Virus record (IMG/VR): IMGVR_UViG_3300026094_000002
Direction: 5' to 3' (one strand)
DNA: 64,000 nucleotides
DNA from: a virus
Taxonomy: Duplodnaviria > Caudoviricetes
Shown: positions 16,774 to 24,795 of the stretch, one piece after another
Layout of the letters: every line of letters begins with the position of its first letter
Numbering within the stretch: position 1 is the first letter of the stretch
Translations under genes and position numbers: made by a program
The notes under the pieces: model-generated
Databases searched by the model: none
Told to the model about the DNA's origin: nothing
The model's input: the letters and a program-made list of their open reading frames with translations, nothing else

Positions 16774-16802
16774 ATTATATGACAATGTGTTCGGTTAGTC
16801 AA
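16774..16802 (-). promoter_or_regulatory. sigma70 promoter, likely leaderless uvsE mRNA
   Basis: TTGACT-17-TATAAT-6 nt-ATG. Confidence 0.8.
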
Positions 16803-16817
16803 TCTATATTGAGAAAT

Positions 16818-17357
16818 TTATGAGAGGAGAGATACTACATTTTCGGTAGTATCTTGTGTAAAGTTTTCTAACTTACTGAATCTTTCATCAAGTGGTTTAA
16901 CATGATCAAGGGCAACCCACTGAATATTTTCAGAAGTCTCTATAATGCGTCTCATACTATTAAGAAAATTATTTGCTCTATGCCGTTCATATTCTTCTAA
17001 ATTTTCAAATTCTGCTGAAAAATCAAATCCACCTAACAATACTATATCACTTACATCTTTTACAAGATGAGCAGCAACCACTTCTTCTTTTTGATCCACT
17101 TCGTCAGAAAATCCACCACCAACGAGATGAACAGATGATGGGCGATTTAAATCACTAAAAAACTTTTCTGGTATGTAAAAGTTGCACTGCTCTTGGAAGT
17201 TTCTGGTAACTAAATCAGATGCACGACGATAATCAAAACAAATTACATTATCAGTGTTAAACATTCTCCAAGTGATATCAGAACCCCATATTGGTCCTAT
17301 CTCTTTAATATCTACTTGTGTTTGATATTGCGGTGTGACAATCCAACTTATATTCAT
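16818..17357 (-). CDS. Hypothetical protein, possibly Maf/DUF115-like glycosyltransferase
   Basis: IWGSDITWRMFNTDNVICFD and VLLGGFDF segments; weak, by-eye similarity. Confidence 0.4.
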   Translation of the reverse strand: MNISWIVTPQYQTQVDIKEIGPIWGSDITWRMFNTDNVICFDYRRASDLVTRNFQEQCNFYIPEKFFSDLNRPSSVHLVGGGFSDEVDQKEEVVAAHLVKDVSDIVLLGGFDFSAEFENLEEYERHRANNFLNSMRRIIETSENIQWVALDHVKPLDERFSKLENFTQDTTENVVSLLS

Positions 17358-18391
17358 ACAGACTTCAGTGTTTTCCAGCGATAATCACCTAAACAAATCC
17401 ACCCAAACACATTGTCTTTGCCGGGAGCAGTATTAATAATGAAATCACCTTTTGTTCCAGACCACCCCGGAACTTGATCAGCATGTCCTATTGTATTACG
17501 ACCAACACGAAGGTTCTTTATAGTTGTATTGCCATCAGAATCAATAACTATATCACCTTGACGATTTACGCCTAATGCAATTTCATGCTTTCTATTGCTA
17601 CCAATGAATGCACGGTTGGAAGAAATTTTACCAACAGATATTGACACTTCTTCATCCCATATATTTAAAGACATGTCAGGGGTGTCAGTGTTTACGCCGA
17701 TTCGTCCATTGACTACATGTAAGGTATCAAAAATATCTGCATTGCCTGATACATCTAATGACTTTAGGGTACCAGTTTTTTCTATTTTAGTATCAGTAAT
17801 GCGGCTGGACAATTGATTTCCATCAACCAGTAACTGATCTCCAAGTCGTACATTTGAGAACTCAATTCCGCTATTTTTAGCCGTATCTAATACTTTATCT
17901 ACAGTATCAGTTACAAACCTTTCTCCTAACTGATCAAGTGTTTTGGTGGATACAGTGTCTGCTAAACTTTGCCAACTCTCATTGTCAACGTTTACGCTGC
18001 CAGTCACTGACAAATCTTTTACAGTCACAGATTCAGCATTAATACTTTCAATTGCACGTATAACTCGGGAAACCAATTCATTTTCAACAACTACTGTACC
18101 ATCTAAGACAGTAAGTTCTTTTTCAGTTTTACTTAAGTCTGTAATACCGGGAAATGTTTTCGTGAGAACATCTTGGTTAAGACTTAAACTTTCTCTAATT
18201 ACCTGTGAAACAACCTCACTGTTATCAGTAGATGACATCATCTCCCCTGTCATTCTACTAACAACTTGATTTATAATTGTCTTAAGGTGATTTTGCCATG
18301 TTGGCTGTTGTATAGTTTCAGCAACGTACCCTGATATAACCTGTTTAATTTGGTCTTCTATTGTACGTGCTAGTTGATCTTTATCAATCAT
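17354..18391 (-). CDS. Hypothetical beta-rich protein, possibly structural
   Basis: ORF track; IGVNTDTP-type fibre-like motifs; coupled to both neighbours. Confidence 0.6.
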   Translation of the reverse strand: MIDKDQLARTIEDQIKQVISGYVAETIQQPTWQNHLKTIINQVVSRMTGEMMSSTDNSEVVSQVIRESLSLNQDVLTKTFPGITDLSKTEKELTVLDGTVVVENELVSRVIRAIESINAESVTVKDLSVTGSVNVDNESWQSLADTVSTKTLDQLGERFVTDTVDKVLDTAKNSGIEFSNVRLGDQLLVDGNQLSSRITDTKIEKTGTLKSLDVSGNADIFDTLHVVNGRIGVNTDTPDMSLNIWDEEVSISVGKISSNRAFIGSNRKHEIALGVNRQGDIVIDSDGNTTIKNLRVGRNTIGHADQVPGWSGTKGDFIINTAPGKDNVFGWICLGDYRWKTLKSV

Positions 18392-19307
18392 TTTGTCTCC
18401 ATGTATCTAATGTAACACAATGAAAACCGCCACCAAGTGTCCTGCTGTGTCTTAATTCAAGCGGAATTACATCAAAATTTTTCTTCTCTAATAATGTAAT
18501 TATCTTTTTTTGCAAATTATCAACAATGACTGTGGATGAATCTACGCTTAAACAGTTCATTCCAATCCACTTACTGGCATATGGATAACGATAAAACGCA
18601 CGTGCAGCACAATCATCTATCCATATTTTGTCCCATTCATCAAATACTGCTGGGCAATTTTCTTCAGTTACTCTTTGAGCATTTAACATTACAGTATGAT
18701 CATTTAAAGGAACAATTGTACTGTCTATATGGACACCAGAGTAAAAATTGACTACTTGAATATCTATTTCAGGAAATTGTTCTTTCAACCAATTTGCTGC
18801 GTTTCTATTCCCACTCGGGCTTTCAAGGTATAACCACGTGTCTCCCAATCTGCATATATTGGCGGCGTCTAATGTCATTCCAGAATTTCTTGGCATTTTT
18901 ACAACATCAGCAAAATCGGCAACAAAATCTAGTGCCTCTATTTCTTGATCTCTACATGGATACATCATAGCAGGATCAACAACCTTTTCTCCTGCTACGA
19001 GAAGCCTATCCCGTGGACAATAATTATACATTCCTTCACGAGTGACAAAATCCATTTCATTTGGACGAAGAACATCTACTCCAAGATCTTCTAAAACAAT
19101 ACATAGTTTTTCTAAATCTCTTTCTGTATCACGTACCACCCAATCTGGGACGGGGCCAGATGGTACTGGAGTTGCAGTCCAAGAAGTTTTTTCTGATTCT
19201 TTGGAGAAAACTGAGTCATTAGATGGCCAGTTAGCATGTAATGCAGAACCAACTACCACCTGTTTCAGTTTATCCCATTCATTATATGAATGAACATTGA
19301 TATCCAC
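18384..19307 (-). CDS. Amidinotransferase (glycine/inosamine-phosphate family)
   Basis: HSYNEWDKL, YCPRD, DAAN (Asp), HIDST (His), GGGFHCVTLD (Cys). Confidence 0.92.
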   Translation of the reverse strand: MDINVHSYNEWDKLKQVVVGSALHANWPSNDSVFSKESEKTSWTATPVPSGPVPDWVVRDTERDLEKLCIVLEDLGVDVLRPNEMDFVTREGMYNYCPRDRLLVAGEKVVDPAMMYPCRDQEIEALDFVADFADVVKMPRNSGMTLDAANICRLGDTWLYLESPSGNRNAANWLKEQFPEIDIQVVNFYSGVHIDSTIVPLNDHTVMLNAQRVTEENCPAVFDEWDKIWIDDCAARAFYRYPYASKWIGMNCLSVDSSTVIVDNLQKKIITLLEKKNFDVIPLELRHSRTLGGGFHCVTLDTWRQND

Positions 19308-19308
19308 G

Positions 19309-19833
19309 TTAATCTACAACCCCGGTAATCTGTAATGTATAACGATCTGTGACACCAACATTCGCTGCACTATGAGGAACATCATTTTCCCATATCACAC
19401 CTTCACCTGCTCGCCACTGCAAGATGGGGTTATCATCTACATCAAAATAGTGTCCGCTTTGCCAATCATCAAGGAAAACAACTGCACGTCGAATTTTACT
19501 TGCATCTTCTATATTGTGTAATTTTCTAAACCGGACATAAAGGTCGCTATGCTTAGGTAATGCACATCCCGGAGTCATTCTGTATATTGACCAAGAAAAG
19601 TGTTTCCACGGCAGGTACTCGCGAAATCTGTTCATCCACTCCGGTTCTTCTGATCTCATATCGTACATGTCACCAGTAAATTTTGTTTGTGTATACCCAA
19701 GAGACCGCCACCAAGCCAGTGAGTCAGGATCATTAAATTGTTCATTGTAATATGCGAGCGTTTCGTGACCTTTCCACCAAACTTCTGGAAGTTTAAAACG
19801 AGACCATCTGTCTTTACTTTCTAGTATTTCCAT
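19309..19833 (-). CDS. 2OG-Fe(II) oxygenase / cupin-fold hydroxylase
   Basis: PKHSD (HxD), PHSAAN (His), RYTLQITG. Confidence 0.75.
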   Translation of the reverse strand: MEILESKDRWSRFKLPEVWWKGHETLAYYNEQFNDPDSLAWWRSLGYTQTKFTGDMYDMRSEEPEWMNRFREYLPWKHFSWSIYRMTPGCALPKHSDLYVRFRKLHNIEDASKIRRAVVFLDDWQSGHYFDVDDNPILQWRAGEGVIWENDVPHSAANVGVTDRYTLQITGVVD

Positions 19834-21052
19834 AATGTATTACCTTTATATTATATTTTTCTTCAGTTGCTCGCCATGGGTCAACCACGACACTTCCGGG
19901 AGCAAATTCAAAGTATGCTTCGTCTTCTGCCTCTTCGCCAGTATAACCATAAGTTATTTTTCTGTTATGTGCTAATAATATTACAGCGGGTGAAGCAACA
20001 TCATCAACAACTTCAGTAGTGTCATCTGCCAATGGATCAACATAACAAACAGAACGGCCCAATTCTTTTACGTAATGTCCTACTAATGTTGAATAACTTC
20101 CTATACAATATGGGACATTTGGTTTATAAGATTTTCCATGAATTACAATAGGCAGATCATTATGTTCTTCACTCTGCTGCACCAAAAATTTAGCAAGATT
20201 TTCTGCTTGTCTTTCCCGGGCTGTCATAATTGTATCAAATAGATCATAGCCAAGTTCATATTCTTCTGCCAACCAGCGGAGTGCTATGTTGTCACGTGGA
20301 TGACAAGCCCCTGAATCGCCCATCCCTGCTGTCATATATTTTGGGCCCATTATACGCATTGTACTATTTGCCAATGCATCAGTAACAACATCAACATCGA
20401 TATTACCTATTTTCATAGCACAATCTTGTATCATATTCACAAGGCCAATTTTTGTTGAAATAAATGTATTATAGAAAATTTTAATTGCCTCACACTCATC
20501 CCAAGTGCCAGTGACGTATCTGGGATTGTTTTGCATAATTGGCTGATATATATCGATCAATTTTTGTACTTCAACATCATCTCCACTTTCTGTTCCAATC
20601 ATGATCATTTCAGGGTTAACCATGTCCCATTTGACACTCCCCATAGCGATAAGATATGGATTATAAAATAACCTATGCTTATCATTTAATAATTCAGCAA
20701 AATGTTTGCGTGTTGTGCCGGGCAAAACTGTTGAAATTAGCACAACTTTCTTAGAACTTTCTGCATGTGTATTGACAGAGGTCAGTGCTTCTTTCACTGC
20801 AGAATGATCAAAATCCCGTGGTTCCATATGAGAACTTGGAACACTTCCATCATAGCCCTTATCGTGTGGAGTTGGAACCGCAATAAAAATCCAGTCACTT
20901 TTATTAACTAACTCTTTTATTGATTCACAAATATTGACTGACTGACTTTGACGTGGGTAAATATCGTAACCATAAACCGTATACTGTTCAGCAAAAACTT
21001 CTGCACAGTCTAGGCCCAATTTGCCTAACCCGATAAAACCTATTGAATTCAA
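19814..21052 (-). CDS. ugd: UDP-glucose/GDP-mannose dehydrogenase family
   Basis: GFIGLGKLG Rossmann motif, IAVPTP, IKIFYNTF, GACHPRD (catalytic Cys); TTG start. Confidence 0.9.
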   Translation of the reverse strand: MNSIGFIGLGKLGLDCAEVFAEQYTVYGYDIYPRQSQSVNICESIKELVNKSDWIFIAVPTPHDKGYDGSVPSSHMEPRDFDHSAVKEALTSVNTHAESSKKVVLISTVLPGTTRKHFAELLNDKHRLFYNPYLIAMGSVKWDMVNPEMIMIGTESGDDVEVQKLIDIYQPIMQNNPRYVTGTWDECEAIKIFYNTFISTKIGLVNMIQDCAMKIGNIDVDVVTDALANSTMRIMGPKYMTAGMGDSGACHPRDNIALRWLAEEYELGYDLFDTIMTARERQAENLAKFLVQQSEEHNDLPIVIHGKSYKPNVPYCIGSYSTLVGHYVKELGRSVCYVDPLADDTTEVVDDVASPAVILLAHNRKITYGYTGEEAEDEAYFEFAPGSVVVDPWRATEEKYNIKVIHYGNTRK

Positions 21053-21053
21053 A

Positions 21054-22430
21054 ATGACTATACCTCTTGATAACTTATATGATTATATATTCAGTTTGAC
21101 TGGGCACACAAATAAAAACCTAATCATGTACAGATTTGATCCACATGGCTCTAAAAATATAAAAAACTTGACTACGCAAAATCATATTCAGAATATTATG
21201 CTTAACTTAAAATCATCATCAAGAAGCGTCAGGAGTTGGCACCATAAAATACTAATATGTAATGACCAAGAACCATTATATTATACTTTATATGATGGAA
21301 AAACCGAAGAAAAGAAAGAATTATATCAAAATGCTGATTATATACGACATGAAAATTCTTTAGAACAAAAAATAGCAGAAAAGAAAAAAAATATAGATGG
21401 TTCTCCGGAAATAGTTTTTTCCGTGTATGACAAGAAAATTTTATTACATTCTGAAAAAGAAAGTAAAGATTTAGAAAAGTACGAAAAAAATGGATTTGTG
21501 GGTGCGTATTACTGGTCACATGCTTTTATCTCCTTAGATTGGTATCGGTTTGCTGAACATGATGAATATCTTAATTATTCCTCTTTTTCTAATTTCAGTA
21601 AGCATTTTAATATCTATTGCCGAGGATGGTCAGGAGTGAGAGAATATAGACTTAAATTTTTAAGCACAATGATTAAAAATAATATAGACAAATACGCAAA
21701 TATATTTTTCAGTGAGTATAATGACCAGTCACACTTTAGTAATAGTCTATCAAAAACAAAAGAATGGAATATTTCAATAAAAGAAAAAGAATTAATTGAT
21801 AAATCAGAATATATTACAAAAAATAATTCTGACCCTTCATTAAGTGCATCATATTCTGTAGATGACTATAAAAATTCTGCAATTGATGTAGTACTAGAAA
21901 CAGTCTTTGACCAAAATAAAATTTTTCTAACAGAAAAAATCTTGAGACCAATTGCTTGCGGGAAACCTTTTATTTTGGTTTCTGAAAAAAACGCATTACA
22001 ATATTTAAAATCATATGGATTCAAATCATTTGATGGTTTAATTGATGAAAGTTATGACACTATCACAGACCCATCAAAAAGAATGGAAAAAATAATTGAA
22101 ACAATGAAAAAAATATCTAATTTGACACAAAACGAAAAAAATGAATTGTTTTGTAAAATGCATCTGATTGCCGAAGAAAATAAAAAATGGTTTTTTTCGA
22201 ATGATTTTTTTAATTTAATAAAAACCGAATTAAAAACAAATTTGCAACACTCATTAAGTGTGTTAGATAACCCAAAGAACCAGACTGCGAAAGAATTATG
22301 GCTTGTATATCGGTCAAACAGGCTATATAAAAAATATTTGAAAAAAAATGCAAAACATAGGTCTGATCAAATTGTATCTGAATATCCAGAAAGAATAGAA
22401 TTAAGCAAGAAAAATATAGGAATATCTTAA
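21054..22430 (+). CDS. GT10 (fucosyltransferase)-like glycosyltransferase
   Basis: IDVVLETV...FLTEKILRPIACGKPF...GFKSFDGLIDESYD; AT-rich; likely start MTIPL. Confidence 0.55.
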   Translation: MTIPLDNLYDYIFSLTGHTNKNLIMYRFDPHGSKNIKNLTTQNHIQNIMLNLKSSSRSVRSWHHKILICNDQEPLYYTLYDGKTEEKKELYQNADYIRHENSLEQKIAEKKKNIDGSPEIVFSVYDKKILLHSEKESKDLEKYEKNGFVGAYYWSHAFISLDWYRFAEHDEYLNYSSFSNFSKHFNIYCRGWSGVREYRLKFLSTMIKNNIDKYANIFFSEYNDQSHFSNSLSKTKEWNISIKEKELIDKSEYITKNNSDPSLSASYSVDDYKNSAIDVVLETVFDQNKIFLTEKILRPIACGKPFILVSEKNALQYLKSYGFKSFDGLIDESYDTITDPSKRMEKIIETMKKISNLTQNEKNELFCKMHLIAEENKKWFFSNDFFNLIKTELKTNLQHSLSVLDNPKNQTAKELWLVYRSNRLYKKYLKKNAKHRSDQIVSEYPERIELSKKNIGIS

Positions 22431-22786
22431 TACTTTCGTAAAATTCCATCCCATTCAGATACAATATTGCCTTTTTTATAGTCTCGGATTCGTGATTCTA
22501 ATACATCATAAAATGAATCCATTTCTCCTTTAAACTTTCCTCTAAGAGACTCTATTGCTTGCTCACAAAAATCCCAATTCTTTTTGCGATAATTGTTCAT
22601 TAATGCTTTATGCATATCAGCAGTTTGTTTAAGAACAGAAACCTCTTCTAAGGTAACATTTTCCCCACCAATGACACAATAAGCAGTTATCGGCTCTGCA
22701 TCTTCAGCATACTTTATGGTATCCAATTCTAATACCACATACTTCTCAACTATTTCTTGTGGTGGTTCACCAAATATTATTTGCAT
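22427..22786 (-). CDS. Stand-alone homolog of the adenylate cyclase C-terminal tail
   Basis: Aligns to the C-terminal region of 3441..5495 (LELDxI, YRxKNxD, LxGxFxGxMDxxYD, SxWDG). Confidence 0.8.
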   Translation of the reverse strand: MQIIFGEPPQEIVEKYVVLELDTIKYAEDAEPITAYCVIGGENVTLEEVSVLKQTADMHKALMNNYRKKNWDFCEQAIESLRGKFKGEMDSFYDVLESRIRDYKKGNIVSEWDGILRKY

Positions 22787-22816
22787 AAGTTTTTCCTTTT
22801 ATTGTAAATATGTATT

Positions 22817-23605
22817 ATGTACTTGTCATTTGATTTAATTTCAGATTTACATCTTGAAACTCGAGATGGCTTTAACTGGGATGGACAGCCAACCAGCCAA
22901 TGTTGTGTGGTGGCTGGAGATATTTCTAAAAATATTCAGGATACGGTTTCTTGTCTTACCCATTTGTCCCAATGCTACAAAAAAGTCGTTTATATTGATG
23001 GTAATGCAGAGCATCGTTGGAATTATTCTGATCTTGGTTCAAGTTATCAAACCTTAGTTGAAGAATTGCAAAAAATACCAAATGTTATTTTCCTGCAAGA
23101 TAACATGGTCATAATCAATGGTGTTGCGATAGTCGGTACCAATGGCTGGTGGACATACGACTTCAATCCCAACATGGATTTTGAAAACTCAGTAAAATAC
23201 GCTGTTGATAGATATGACATTAATGTTGGTGATGCAATGACACTACGTGCTATGGCAATTAATGATGCGAATTATCTTGCAAACACTGTCAACCGGTGTC
23301 AGACAATGCCAGATATTAAGAAAATTGTTGTTGTTACACATACTGTTCCTCACGAAATGATTACAAAACACGATGAAGAATTTGACGATGATCTTCAGTA
23401 TAATCTGTTGGGCAATTCATATATTAAACAAATTTTAGAACAAGACACGGAAAGAAAAGTTGATACGTGGTGCTTTGGACATTACCACAAAGATGTTGAT
23501 TCTGTTATTAATAATATCCGATATGTTAATAACTGCTTGGGTGAAAAGGGATCAACTTGGGCCAAGTCTGTTTATCACCCAAAGCGTATTGAAGTAATAA
23601 TTTAA
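22817..23605 (+). CDS. Calcineurin-like metallophosphoesterase
   Basis: SDLH, AGD, GNAE (GNH variant), THTVP, FGHYH. Confidence 0.85.
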   Translation: MYLSFDLISDLHLETRDGFNWDGQPTSQCCVVAGDISKNIQDTVSCLTHLSQCYKKVVYIDGNAEHRWNYSDLGSSYQTLVEELQKIPNVIFLQDNMVIINGVAIVGTNGWWTYDFNPNMDFENSVKYAVDRYDINVGDAMTLRAMAINDANYLANTVNRCQTMPDIKKIVVVTHTVPHEMITKHDEEFDDDLQYNLLGNSYIKQILEQDTERKVDTWCFGHYHKDVDSVINNIRYVNNCLGEKGSTWAKSVYHPKRIEVII

Positions 23606-23916
23606 TCTGCTTCGGGCTCAATTTTAATATTTAAAGGATACCCGTTGCTACGTGCACTTACTGTAATCTCAATGCCCTTTTGTTCTGCAATCTCATATGG
23701 AAGAACTGCCACACACGCAGATCCCGCTTCATGAACTTCTTCAGTAATCTTTTGAGCAGTAGCCTCAGTATAATTAAGATGATTCATCAAACTTTCAACA
23801 ACAAAATCATATGCAGTACTATTGTCATTAATATAAATTAGTTGGTACATTGGTGGCTCACGCAACTCTGTATTAATTTCTACTTTTGTCTCGCTTGATG
23901 CGGATGATGTTGTCAT
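23602..23916 (-). CDS. clpS: Clp protease adaptor ClpS (divergent pocket)
   Basis: PPMYQLIYIND...FVV...EVHEAG...EIAEQK...YPL. Confidence 0.88.
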   Translation of the reverse strand: MTTSSASSETKVEINTELREPPMYQLIYINDNSTAYDFVVESLMNHLNYTEATAQKITEEVHEAGSACVAVLPYEIAEQKGIEITVSARSNGYPLNIKIEPEAD

Positions 23917-23940
23917 TTGTTTCCTCGTAAATTAAATTAG

Positions 23941-23967
23941 TAGAGCAGGGTCTAAGACCCTGCTCTA
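23941..23967. terminator. Perfect 12-bp hairpin between hsp20 and clpS
   Basis: TAGAGCAGGGTC-TAA-GACCCTGCTCTA. Confidence 0.65.
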
Positions 23968-23985
23968 TAGTTTGCAAGAGACTGA

Positions 23986-24423
23986 TTATCCCTTTTGGGT
24001 AATTGCAATAGACTTAGGCTTCATTGTCTCAGGGACAATACGCTCTAAACTAATAGTAAGAATTCCATTCTCAATAACCGCATTATTTACCTCTACATAT
24101 TCGGCAAGCGTAAATGAACGCGTGAAGTCTCTTGATGAAATACCATGGTAAAGATATTCAATATCTTCGTTTTTGTTTTCCTGTCTACCTGTAACAGTTA
24201 GGTGTCCTTCATGGTATTCAATATCTATCTCTTCTTTATTGAAACCAGCAACTGCCACCTGAATTTCATAACGATCTTCATCAACACGAACGATGTTATA
24301 TGGTGGATAATTGCCATTGGAACCAGCGGTATCAACTTGATCCATTACGCGATCAAAAATTCGATCCATTCCAATTGTATTTCTGTAAAACGGTGATAGG
24401 TCTAATGAAGTAATTTTAGTCAT
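23986..24423 (-). CDS. hsp20: Small heat shock protein (Hsp20/IbpA-like)
   Basis: NYPPYNI, VAVAGF, YLYHGISSRDFTRSFTLAE, NGILTI. Confidence 0.95.
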   Translation of the reverse strand: MTKITSLDLSPFYRNTIGMDRIFDRVMDQVDTAGSNGNYPPYNIVRVDEDRYEIQVAVAGFNKEEIDIEYHEGHLTVTGRQENKNEDIEYLYHGISSRDFTRSFTLAEYVEVNNAVIENGILTISLERIVPETMKPKSIAITQKG

Positions 24424-24429
24424 TGTTGT

Positions 24430-24490
24430 CCTCCTTTATTAAGCAAGTGACTAATAGTGCAACCCAAGTTGGCGTTGCACATGTATTTAT
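24430..24490 (-). promoter_or_regulatory. Late promoter plus structured 5' leader (copy 2)
   Basis: ATAAATA-CAT-GTGCAAC-G-CCA-ACT-TGG-GTTGCAC...CTTGCTTA...AAAGGAGG. Confidence 0.65.
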
Positions 24491-24511
24491 TATACACTAA
24501 TTACGGTTCAT

Positions 24512-24751
24512 TTAAAAGGGCTGATTCTTTTTTTCATCGTTTAATTTTTTAAGCCAACGCTTTCTCGCAGCGGCTTTTTTAGCCTTTCTTTCTTGGCAGG
24601 GCTTTTCATAGAATTCATGTTTCCGAACATCTTTTAGCACACCAGATTCATCAACTTTTTTCTTAAACTTTTTAAGTGCACGTTCAAATTGTCCGTCACG
24701 AACCTCTACGCGATTTCCTTTAATCTTTATTTCGTCAGTTTTCTTTCTCAA
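24512..24751 (-). CDS. rpsU: Ribosomal protein bS21
   Basis: [12 protein letters not shown]...[15 protein letters not shown]...[11 protein letters not shown]. Confidence 0.92.
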   Translation of the reverse strand: MRKKTDEIKIKGNRVEVRDGQFERALKKFKKKVDESGVLKDVRKHEFYEKPCQERKAKKAAARKRWLKKLNDEKKNQPF

Positions 24752-24795
24752 TTGTCAATACCTTTGAGTTCCTTTAATTACATTTATGTGTTGTT

